Positions 19,283 to 28,056 of a DNA stretch of 64,000 nt are shown here, one piece after another; position 1 is the first letter of the stretch; the number at the start of each line of letters is the position of its first letter. Source of the DNA: Candidatus Hydrogenedentota bacterium (GTDB lineage Bacteria; Hydrogenedentota; Hydrogenedentia; Hydrogenedentales; SLHB01); the NCBI GenBank assembly GCA_036789645.1, contig DAIQLC010000023.1:1065-65064 (forward strand), written 5' to 3'. The notes under the pieces are model-generated. The model ran no database searches. It had not been told where the DNA came from and was given only the letters and a program-made list of their open reading frames with translations. The position numbers were made by a program, and so were the translations under genes.

Positions 19283-20119
19283 TCACTCGCGCGGCTTCGT
19301 CTTGCCGGCCCATTCGGGATAGAGCTGTTCCATGCAGTCCGGACACAGGCCGTGGCTGAACTGGGCGCCGGAGCGCTGGCTGATGTATTCCTCGATCTGT
19401 TTCCAGTAGCCCTGGTCGTCGCGCACTTTCTTGCACGCACTGCAGATCGGGAGCATGCCGCTCAACGTCTTGACTTCCCGCAGCGCGGTTTCAAGTTCAT
19501 GTATCAGGTTTTCGCGTTCGGCCTCGGCGCTCTTGCGCTCTGTGATGTCCAGCGAATACTCGATCATCTGCGCCAGGCGGCCCGTTTCATCAAAAACCGG
19601 GTAACCGTGAACCTCGAAGATCCGCGCTTCGCCCCCACCCATCCGGTGGCGGTGTTCCGTGATGGCCGGCGCGTGCGTCTCTTTCACGATCCGCAAGGGA
19701 CAGGCATGCTCTTCACCGTCGCACGGGTGATCGCGGCCGTGGATGAGCTGGTAACACGTCGACGGTCCTTCGGCGGCATGGGACCGCGCGGCGGCGTTCG
19801 CCATCAGCACCTCGTATGTCCCGGCATCAATGACGTAAAAGGGATGCGCCAGCGACTCGAGGACGTTTTCCAGGAAGCGCCGCCGCTCGAGGTCATGCGC
19901 CAGCGCCTGGCGCGCATCCGCCCGGCGAATGTGCACGTGATAGATCAGGCCGATCAGCAGGACGGCTGCGGTAAGCAGCAGCGACGCGTCCACCCACGCG
20001 TCTTCGCCCGAGAGGAAATCCTGCCAGATGCCCGTTTCCGCTCCGAACAGTTGCACCCGCGCCTCCGCGAAGGAATATCCGTGCATACGTGCCCGCACAC
20101 CCCAACCCTGCATTCTCAT
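19283..20119 (-). CDS. Membrane-anchored PAS-domain sensor with C-terminal Cys4 (CxxC...CxxC) module
   Basis: TM (ASLLLTAAVLLIGLIY), then a PAS fold (FYVIDAGTYEVLMANAAA...), then ICSACKKVRDDQGYWKQIEEYISQRSGAQFSHGLCPDCMEQLY. Start codon uncertain. Confidence 0.7.
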   Translation of the reverse strand: MRMQGWGVRARMHGYSFAEARVQLFGAETGIWQDFLSGEDAWVDASLLLTAAVLLIGLIYHVHIRRADARQALAHDLERRRFLENVLESLAHPFYVIDAGTYEVLMANAAARSHAAEGPSTCYQLIHGRDHPCDGEEHACPLRIVKETHAPAITEHRHRMGGGEARIFEVHGYPVFDETGRLAQMIEYSLDITERKSAEAERENLIHELETALREVKTLSGMLPICSACKKVRDDQGYWKQIEEYISQRSGAQFSHGLCPDCMEQLYPEWAGKTKPRE

Positions 20120-20290
20120 TGTACCAGACGCGCGCCTGAACCCGGCCGGGATCCCGAGGGAAAAGCCTGGTTTACAGACCCCTTATCCGAGGAAGGAACA
20201 CAAAAAGAGAGCCGGGATCTTCCGCTGTCGTTGCCGCCGTGGAAACAGCGCTGCGCCCGGCACCGCGGCGGGAGCGGTGCGCGACCCGCG

Positions 20291-20971
20291 TCAGACCAGG
20301 AAATTGAGCCGGTTGCCGGCGCCCTCGGGCGCCTCCCTCACTGCCCGATACGGCGTCTGGGGCGGCCGTGTTAACGGCACGCCTGACGCCCCGGCAAAGA
20401 GCCCCAGCGCGTCGGCTTCCGCCCGGGTAACAGCGGCCGCGAGGTTTTGCGCGCCTGAACGCGCCGCGGGAGCGGCAGCCTCCCGGCGCAGGGCCTCCGC
20501 GCGGCGGGCCAGCATAGCCTCACGGAACGCCTCGCGTTGCGCCTCGACCGCCGGCACCGCGCGGCGGGCCGTTTCGAAGCCGCCGCGGAGCATCTCCAGA
20601 ATCGCCCGGTTGTAGGACAAGCGGTTGCCCGCGCCCGCATCAAGCACATCCGCCACGGATTGCCGGGGTTCGATCGCGTTCGGCGGGTCCACCGTCGACT
20701 CCGCGAGACGGCTCAGCGCGGCGCCCAGCCGGTCAACCCGCTGCGCGTTGATGTTCGGCGATGTGCTCTGCGACGTGGTCTCCGCCATCTGCCGGAGCCC
20801 GGCCAGTTCCTGAAGCGGGCGCGATGCCGTAATGGCCTGTGCGCTTTGCGGAACGGCCGCTTCCTGCACCTCAATCGGCGCCTGCGCCGGAGAGGCCGCC
20901 TGCGTCGGGATCTGCTCCACCAGTGCCCGGATGCGGCTCAACGCCGCCAATGCAGCTATACGTTCGCCCAT
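20291..20971 (-). CDS. Hypothetical Ala/Arg-rich protein
   Basis: 226-aa low-complexity ORF with no recognisable family. Coding status supported only by length and strand context. Confidence 0.35.
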   Translation of the reverse strand: MGERIAALAALSRIRALVEQIPTQAASPAQAPIEVQEAAVPQSAQAITASRPLQELAGLRQMAETTSQSTSPNINAQRVDRLGAALSRLAESTVDPPNAIEPRQSVADVLDAGAGNRLSYNRAILEMLRGGFETARRAVPAVEAQREAFREAMLARRAEALRREAAAPAARSGAQNLAAAVTRAEADALGLFAGASGVPLTRPPQTPYRAVREAPEGAGNRLNFLV

Positions 20972-21443
20972 GTCGCGCTTCCTGCAGATGGAATGGTCGT
21001 GTCAGAAATGTCGTGTGTCGAGAAGGCGCACCGCATACGCCGTTCCACAGCCTGAACATTACGATACCTGAAATGCTTCCAGAATAGAAGACTTTTTGCG
21101 CGAATTATTACAAGTCGTTTATTCGCAATCTGTTGTGCACGACCGGGATTTGCCGGAGCATGGGGAAACGCGTGCCTGAGAACGCCCGGAGCCCACCCCG
21201 CAACCTCGGCGCTGTACGCGACACAGGCGCCGATCCTCATTCGGAGAAAGGAACATGCCGGACTGGCGCACGCGGGCCCGTGTGAATCCCCCTCGCGAGA
21301 CACAACTTCCCTGCTCCGCCACAACGTCAGGTTTCGCGCCGGCGTGAAACAGCTGCCCCCTCAGCGTGCAGACACGGTACCCACACCCCGGTCAGGACAC
21401 TTGGCGCCCCCGCCAACAGGGCTGAGAGCCCTGTTGCCCGGGC

Positions 21444-21644
21444 TCAGGCAGTGCGGACTTCTTTCGCTTCAGGCCCCTTGCGCCCGTCGCCCACCTCGTA
21501 GACCACCTTTTCGTTCTCTTTCAACGTGCGATTGACCGTCGCGACGTTTGAGCGATGAACGAAGATGTCTTTCCCGCCTTCATCCGGAATGATGAACCCA
21601 TACCCCTTCTGCTCATTGAACCACTTCACGGTACCGGTAGGCAT
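21444..21644 (-). CDS. cspA: Cold-shock protein (CspA family)
   Basis: MPTGTVKWFNEQKGYGFI...DIFVH RNP1/RNP2 motifs. 66 aa. GGAG RBS. Confidence 0.95.
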   Translation of the reverse strand: MPTGTVKWFNEQKGYGFIIPDEGGKDIFVHRSNVATVNRTLKENEKVVYEVGDGRKGPEAKEVRTA

Positions 21645-22064
21645 AGTCGTAACTCCGTATGCAAACCAAAGGCCCCTTCATGTTTATACATTCGAACACA
21701 GATGACAGCATCTGTCAAGCGAAAATGGCGAATTTCTGGAATCTCCCGGCGCCGTCCGCCCTGGCCGAAAAACCCCGCACCGAAGCCGGCACCCCCACTC
21801 TTGCCCGAATCCGGACGACCCTGTGGCCGGATCCAGCCTCGGAATGCCGCCAGGGTACGCGCCGCGGCTCACCGCGCAGAGGCCCGTCGAGGGCATGGAC
21901 ACTGACGAATAGACAACTTTGCCCCGAGGTGTCCGCGCTCACAAGTCTTTATTTTGATTAGTCTTATGACTCTCTCGCAGCCCCCCCCCGGCGAATGCCG
22001 CGGATGCGGCATGGAACGGTCAGCACGGCCGCCCCACGGAAATGCGCGAGCGCCGTCCGCGTCG

Positions 22065-23045
22065 TCAGTGCTTTGGACGCAGGTGGTTTTCCAGAAACGC
22101 CAGGAGCGGTTCGAGGGCCACCTCGTGGGCGCCGTTGTGCACGAGGAGTTCGACGTGGCCGGGCGCGCCGGCGTCGCGGTAGGCGGGCACGATTTCGAGG
22201 AGGGCCCTTCGCGCCAGTTCGGGCGTAAATTGGGTCGGGGGCTCCTGACGGCCGTTCTGGCACTGGAGCGGTCTCGGGGCAATCAAGGCGTACACGTCGG
22301 GGAAATCGACGAGTTCACGCAGGCCATCGAACTTCCAGCACATGCAATGGTTCTGTTCCATCTGGTCCATGAACGTCAGGAATCCCGCGCTGACGGTCGC
22401 AGTCACGCGCGGGTCCATCGCGCCGAGCCACATGGCCATCTCGCCGCCCAGCGACAGCCCCGCGCATCCGATGCGGGCCGGATCGACGTCCGCGCGGCTG
22501 CGGAGGTAGTCCACGCAGCGCATGAGGTCCCAGAGCCGTTCACCCATCACGGTGCGGCCGGCCTCATAGACGTCATGCTGGCCGACGTCCGTGCTGATGA
22601 CCACGAAGCCGCGCCGGGCCAATTCGCTGCCAAACGATTTGTAGATGGCCTGTTCTGGATCGAACGGCGTCATGCGGTTGCCGCCGTGCCCGTGAATGGC
22701 AACGACCGCGGGCATCGGCCCGCTGGCTTCCGCCGGAACCGCCAGCATGGCCTGAAACACGCGTCCCGGCGTCGCCCGCAGTTCGAGCGTGTCCAGCCGG
22801 AACCCCTCGCGCTCCCCGGTGGCCAGCATGCGCGCATCCAGCGGAAGCGAGGCGCCCGTCTCCGCCAGATCGCGCATGCGCATGAGATCAAACAGGCGCG
22901 TGCGCAGTTCCCCCTGCCACGCCGCCACAGCGTCCGCCGCACGGGGGGTGTAGCGCATCGCCCGCGCCGCGCCGGACTCCTCCGCGCTCGCCACGACGGG
23001 CATGAGCAGCCCCGCCAGCGCGCCCACGAACGCCATCGCAATCAT
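22065..23045 (-). CDS. Secreted alpha/beta hydrolase (dienelactone hydrolase/acetyl-xylan-esterase-like)
   Basis: Signal peptide, AIHGHGGN oxyanion region, GLSLGG nucleophile elbow and a C-terminal His. Confidence 0.8.
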   Translation of the reverse strand: MIAMAFVGALAGLLMPVVASAEESGAARAMRYTPRAADAVAAWQGELRTRLFDLMRMRDLAETGASLPLDARMLATGEREGFRLDTLELRATPGRVFQAMLAVPAEASGPMPAVVAIHGHGGNRMTPFDPEQAIYKSFGSELARRGFVVISTDVGQHDVYEAGRTVMGERLWDLMRCVDYLRSRADVDPARIGCAGLSLGGEMAMWLGAMDPRVTATVSAGFLTFMDQMEQNHCMCWKFDGLRELVDFPDVYALIAPRPLQCQNGRQEPPTQFTPELARRALLEIVPAYRDAGAPGHVELLVHNGAHEVALEPLLAFLENHLRPKH

Positions 23046-23077
23046 GCGCCTGGACACGCCGCACGTTCCCCGGTGTT

Positions 23078-23962
23078 TCAAGGCTGTTCCTCCCCGGCCT
23101 GAGTCCAGCCGTTCATCTTCAACAAGTCGCCGTAATACATGCTCTTGGCGAGTTGCGCCTCAAAGTCTTTCCGGAACGCGTCTTTGCCCGGTTTGTCGCC
23201 CGGCCAGAGTTCGTCGAGGAAGGTCCATGCCCGCTCGCCGTTGCCGGAGTAAATGAGGTCCAGCATGACGCCCCACAGCGAAGGGGGCACCCTCCCCCAC
23301 TCTTCGTCGTCAAAGGTCATGTCCATGACCTCCCTATTCTCCCAGTCCGCACGCACCGCAGCCGCGCGCTTTTTCCATTCGTCCTCGGAGGGTGCGGGTT
23401 TGCGCATGAAATGTTCGGCGAGATGGAATGCGCCGTTGTCGTACAGCACGACGATGGGCGTACGCGCCGAGGCCGCGAAGGGCGCCCCGAAATACGCGAA
23501 GGCCATGTCCTCGGAATGGAACTCCGTGATGCCGTCCCCGTCGGCGTCCTTCAGCATGGCGCCCGAATCCTGGGCCTCGAAACGAGCCATCAGCGCGGGG
23601 ACTTCCCCGAGCAAAAACACCAGATAGGAGAAGCAGCAGTGCGCCCCCCCGCTGAAGGTCTGCAGGACCAGTTCCTCCTGGCGATCGCCGTCAATGTCGC
23701 AGACGGTCGCACACCGCTTGAGCACCTCCACGAATTCGTCCACCGAGTGTTCGAAGACCACTTCTTCCCCCCTGGTGAACTCGATGCGGCTCTGCCAATA
23801 CAGGTCGCTCGGCCCGAAAATGCGGATGGTGAACGGACGGTACTGGATCTGCTCGCGCAGCACCTCGGGTCCGGGCGCGGCGGGCTCCTGGGCACGTGCG
23901 GCAACAGACAAGGCCACCGCGGCGGCAACGCTCACAACAGCAACACCCACGCGCATGCCCAA
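23078..23962 (-). CDS. Hypothetical secreted protein
   Basis: 294 aa with signal peptide (VAVVSVAAAVALSVAARAQEP). 4-bp overlap with the downstream hydrolase. No family recognised. Confidence 0.55.
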   Translation of the reverse strand: MGMRVGVAVVSVAAAVALSVAARAQEPAAPGPEVLREQIQYRPFTIRIFGPSDLYWQSRIEFTRGEEVVFEHSVDEFVEVLKRCATVCDIDGDRQEELVLQTFSGGAHCCFSYLVFLLGEVPALMARFEAQDSGAMLKDADGDGITEFHSEDMAFAYFGAPFAASARTPIVVLYDNGAFHLAEHFMRKPAPSEDEWKKRAAAVRADWENREVMDMTFDDEEWGRVPPSLWGVMLDLIYSGNGERAWTFLDELWPGDKPGKDAFRKDFEAQLAKSMYYGDLLKMNGWTQAGEEQP

Positions 23963-24030
23963 ACCCTCCCTGGCCGGTTACGGCGACAACATATGCCCCT
24001 CGGGCCGGCAGGCCACCGCCGGCGGCCCGG

Positions 24031-26997
24031 TTATTTCCGGATGATCGCGGCCGACCAGTCCTCGGCGATCCGGAGTTCCGTGTACGTTTTTCCATCCTGG
24101 TTGACCCAGGGGGCTTCGAAGCTCTCGACTTCGCGGCCCTCGCCGTCAAAGACGTGGACCTCGTGGCGGGAAGCGTCGCCCCATCCGAACAGGCCGCTCC
24201 GGTTCGTGATGATGCGTTCCTCGCCGATGACATACCCTTCGTGCAGCTCGAGCGGCGTGAAGGGATACATGTAGCGGGTGAGGTGATGGTGCGTCGGGAT
24301 GACCAGCACGTCGTTGTACCAATGATAGAGGCATCCGTAATTGAGCGCGGAAAGCATGACGCGGTACGCATCAAGTTCACTGCGCTCGGTCAGATGATCG
24401 CCCAGCGCGATGGGCGAGTACAGGTGGTTGTGGGTGCAGTTGGTGATGCTGCCGGTCTCGACGAAACACGGGAAGTGCAGATCCGCCATGGCCTGCGTAA
24501 ACGGGGCGCCGTTGCCGATCAGGGGGCCGCGGGCCAGGATCCGTTTGGCCAGCGCCACGCGCCACGATTCGCTCAGCAGAGTCACCGACGATTTCAGCCG
24601 CACGATATCCATGGTCTTCGGATCGATATCGCCCGAGACGCCGTCCCACGGCCCGCCGAAATGGTACATGACGCGGCTGTATCCGTGTTCGTCCCAATAC
24701 ACGCCGTCGGCGCCGATGTCGTCGAGAATGATGTCGACGTTCTTCGCGACGGCGGGGCCGTAGCTGTTGGTCTCGGTGGGGATGAACAGGCGCAGCTTGG
24801 GGCTGCCGTAGTCGGCCTGTTTGCCGTCGACGCCCAGGGTGCGGGCGTCCGCGAAGCGCTCCGGCCCGTCCTCGGTGACGTCGAGAAAACAGTGAAAATA
24901 CACGAGGTATCTGGCCTTCGGGTAGAGCCCGCGGAACCGCGCGAAGGAGGTCTTGAACGAATCGTGCGGCACCTGCTGGAACCCCGTGCCGTGGCAGGGT
25001 TCGCCGTTGACCGTCAGGTGGCCGATACTGGCGCAGACGTACAGCGGATCTTTGAAATTCAGGAAGTTTGAGAGCAGTTTATCCGACCATTTATCGGTGA
25101 TGGTGTCCGCGCGCAGGAACGCGAATCCGCCGTCGACGCAGAAGTTGGCGTTCATCAAACGGCGCGCGGCATTGATAAACCGCCAGTAATCCGGCGTTTC
25201 CGTGGGAACGATGAGCCATCGCGCGCTGTATTCCCTGCCCGGAGGCAGCACCAGGTTGTTGTCGGCCAGCCCAAGGCTGTTATTCATGGCGTAGTTGGCC
25301 ACGTGAATGCGAAACACGTCTTCACGCGGCAACAGGCCGACACCGGCCCGCGAGGTGGTTCCAAACGTGGTGGGGTTGTGGGACGACGCGCTCTTCCCGG
25401 CAAGCCCCGGCTGAGGCAGCCCCGCCAGCCAGAGGCCCTGGAGGCCCTCCACCTGGACCTCATGCCGGTGCATGAGGGCAAGGTTGCCCCCGGTAAGGTT
25501 GGTAAAGGTGTCGGTGACCTCCAGACCTTCGGGAAGACGCGTCACCTTCCGGCTGTGGCGGAAGTAATCGCAGGAACCGGTCTTCCAGGCCGGTTCAGGG
25601 CACGAGAAGCGGCTTTCCACGACAAACGACTCGCCGGCGACCGTCACTTCGATGCATGCATTCTCCAGTTCGCGGAAGTCGAAGGCCGTGTCGCGCGCCT
25701 GGAGCGGGACATAGACCTCGAGCGGTCCCGTGGGCGGTCCGGCCTTGGGCCTGGGAGGCGGCGGCGGGGTGCGGAACACGAGCGCGCCGTCCCCGGCCAC
25801 CAGGACCCGCTCGACGGTCGGGGCGGCCGCGTTTTCGATGGTCAGCGTGTTCTCGCCTTCGTGCAGAACGCCCGTCACGTCGAGCTGGAACTCGCACGCT
25901 TTGACGCCCTCCAGGAGCCCGTAATGGGTGTCCTGGTCGGCCTTCTCGAAGTCGGGCGCGTAGTAGGTGGTAAGCCGTTCGCCCGAGTGCATCGAATACA
26001 TGGCGCCATTGCGCGACAAGACGCGCGCCGGTTTGTCCACCAGGCGCTCGCCGGTGAGCGGCTGGCCATTCAGGAGCAGCCGCAGCGCGGGGGTATGTCC
26101 CGCGACGCGCCCGGTATCGAGACGGGCCTTCAGGAAGAGGACGGCCAGCTTGCCCTCGGGCGTGGGCGGCGCGGTGATGGTCATGGCCTTCGTTTCGTCC
26201 CGTTGCAGGCGCACTTCGTCGAACAGGGGCACGCGATTGGCGCGTTCGGGGGGGACGCCATCCGTCCCGGAGAGCAGCGCCGGAATCAGACGCGAACGGC
26301 TGTGGCCCCACGGGGCGCTCGACAGGGCCAGCATGGCTTCCTGGCGCGCTTCCGGGCCGTCCGTATCCGACAGGGTCACTTCGATGCGGAGGAAGGCGCC
26401 TACTTCGGGCGTGACACCGAAAAACGTCCAGGGAATGGCCGCTTCGAGAATGTATCCCTCGGCGGTACGCACCGACGCGGCCAGCGCCCCCTCGATGGGT
26501 TGGGCTTCCGGACGGTAGCAATAGGCTTCCGGAGGGCAATCCGTGAATGCGTCGCCGGAGTTCTGGAAATTGCCCGGGCTCAGCGCCAACTGGAACTGGC
26601 CGGGGCCAAAGGTCTCCCGCCCGGGGTCGAGGTCCGGCGCGGCGTCGAGATACAGCTCGATATGATCGCCCCGCCAGATGTTCGCCCCGCGCTGGGTCTG
26701 GTGGATGGTGTCGTCGACCACTTCAGCGGCAATGAACAGATATTCCTGCCGCCACGCCAGGCGCACGGTCCCCCGCAGATCCGCGGGACCGGTCCAGCTG
26801 TTCGCCCCCCAGACCGCCTGTTCCGGGGCGCTGATGCCGCGGGCGTTCGGAACGCGCTCCCAGTCGCCGAGGTTGCCGTCCACCGCGATGGGCGGATCGG
26901 GTTTCAGCGGGATCCCGACGGTCTCCGGGGGAGCGGACGATGCCGTGAGACAGAGCCCCAGGAGCAGGACCAGAATGGCGGGCGCAGTGCGAAGCAT
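24031..26997 (-). CDS. Large secreted carbohydrate-active protein: N-terminal CBM9/DOMON-like sugar-binding domain plus glycoside-hydrolase-like TIM-barrel region
   Basis: Signal peptide MLRTAPAILVLLLGLCLTASSA at the internal ATG 26997; the ORF extension to 27264 is probably untranslated. CBM9-like DGNLGDWERVPNA...LRLAWR...DHIELYLD motif. Confidence 0.65.
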   Translation of the reverse strand: MLRTAPAILVLLLGLCLTASSAPPETVGIPLKPDPPIAVDGNLGDWERVPNARGISAPEQAVWGANSWTGPADLRGTVRLAWRQEYLFIAAEVVDDTIHQTQRGANIWRGDHIELYLDAAPDLDPGRETFGPGQFQLALSPGNFQNSGDAFTDCPPEAYCYRPEAQPIEGALAASVRTAEGYILEAAIPWTFFGVTPEVGAFLRIEVTLSDTDGPEARQEAMLALSSAPWGHSRSRLIPALLSGTDGVPPERANRVPLFDEVRLQRDETKAMTITAPPTPEGKLAVLFLKARLDTGRVAGHTPALRLLLNGQPLTGERLVDKPARVLSRNGAMYSMHSGERLTTYYAPDFEKADQDTHYGLLEGVKACEFQLDVTGVLHEGENTLTIENAAAPTVERVLVAGDGALVFRTPPPPPRPKAGPPTGPLEVYVPLQARDTAFDFRELENACIEVTVAGESFVVESRFSCPEPAWKTGSCDYFRHSRKVTRLPEGLEVTDTFTNLTGGNLALMHRHEVQVEGLQGLWLAGLPQPGLAGKSASSHNPTTFGTTSRAGVGLLPREDVFRIHVANYAMNNSLGLADNNLVLPPGREYSARWLIVPTETPDYWRFINAARRLMNANFCVDGGFAFLRADTITDKWSDKLLSNFLNFKDPLYVCASIGHLTVNGEPCHGTGFQQVPHDSFKTSFARFRGLYPKARYLVYFHCFLDVTEDGPERFADARTLGVDGKQADYGSPKLRLFIPTETNSYGPAVAKNVDIILDDIGADGVYWDEHGYSRVMYHFGGPWDGVSGDIDPKTMDIVRLKSSVTLLSESWRVALAKRILARGPLIGNGAPFTQAMADLHFPCFVETGSITNCTHNHLYSPIALGDHLTERSELDAYRVMLSALNYGCLYHWYNDVLVIPTHHHLTRYMYPFTPLELHEGYVIGEERIITNRSGLFGWGDASRHEVHVFDGEGREVESFEAPWVNQDGKTYTELRIAEDWSAAIIRK

Positions 26998-27175
26998 GAG
27001 ATTCTCCTTCAGGTGCGGTGAAATTGGCTTCAGTATGCGGCAAGGCCGGGGGAAATCCAAGAGGCCGGATTGGGGGGAGGAATGAGACGTATGGGAGGAC
27101 CGGAGCCTCTGGGTCGGCCGGTTTCCGCGGGGGAGCCCACTGGCGTGCCCGGTCCGCCGGTGATAGAGTGATTGT

Positions 27176-28033
27176 ATGGATACCGCCGCGTCAATGCCAT
27201 CGCGCCATGCGGTCCCCGTGGTGCGCGAGATCTCCTGCAAAACGGTGCTGAACAAGTGCAGCATCAGCGATTATTCGTTGAACTGTTACGTGGGTTGCGC
27301 GCACGGCTGCGCCTACTGCTATGCCCGCTACATGCAACGGTTTCATCCCCATCAGGAACCCTGGGGCTGTTTCGTGGACGTGAAGACCAACGCGGTCGAG
27401 GTGCTGAAAAGACAGGTGCGCCGCCTGCCCCCCGGTTCGGTGTTCATGAGCAGCGCCTGCGACGGCTGGCAGCCGCTTGAACGCACCTGGGAACTTACCC
27501 GCGATTGCTGCCGTATCCTCCTCGAACACGGATTCCGGGTCCAGGCCCTGACCAAAAGCGCGTTGATTCTGCGCGACCTCGACATCTTCGCCAACGGCAA
27601 CGCCCGCATCGGCGTGACCGTCACCACACCGGACGAACGCCTCGCCGCGCTCTGGGAACCCGGCGCCAGCACGGTTGCGGAACGCTTCGACGTCCTGGCG
27701 CGGGCCCGCGACGCCGGTATCGAAACGAGCATCATGTTCGGGCCGCTCCTGCCGTTTCTTTCGGACAGCGAAGCCTCGCTGGATGCCCTCTTCGCGCTGG
27801 CCGCCCGCCATCAGGTCGATGTCATCTGGGTGGACACCCTCAATCCCCGCCCGAAAGTCTGGGAATCGGTCCGCGCAATGGTGCACCGTGAGTTTCCGGA
27901 GCTGGAAGAACGCTATCGCCGGATGCTCTTCGCGCCCGTGGTGCGGACCGCCTACGTCAACGCCCTGCGCGAGTGGGTCCATCGCGCCGCCCGCAAGTAC
28001 GGCGTCCTGGACCGGGTCGCGGGATGCCCCTGA
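27176..28033 (+). CDS. Radical SAM protein, spore-photoproduct-lyase/DNA-photolyase-like (SplB family)
   Basis: CAHGCAYCYARY CxxxCxxC radical-SAM cluster motif. 285 aa. COG1533-like architecture. Confidence 0.75.
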   Translation: MDTAASMPSRHAVPVVREISCKTVLNKCSISDYSLNCYVGCAHGCAYCYARYMQRFHPHQEPWGCFVDVKTNAVEVLKRQVRRLPPGSVFMSSACDGWQPLERTWELTRDCCRILLEHGFRVQALTKSALILRDLDIFANGNARIGVTVTTPDERLAALWEPGASTVAERFDVLARARDAGIETSIMFGPLLPFLSDSEASLDALFALAARHQVDVIWVDTLNPRPKVWESVRAMVHREFPELEERYRRMLFAPVVRTAYVNALREWVHRAARKYGVLDRVAGCP

Positions 28034-28056
28034 CTATCCCGTCGAACCGCCGGCGG

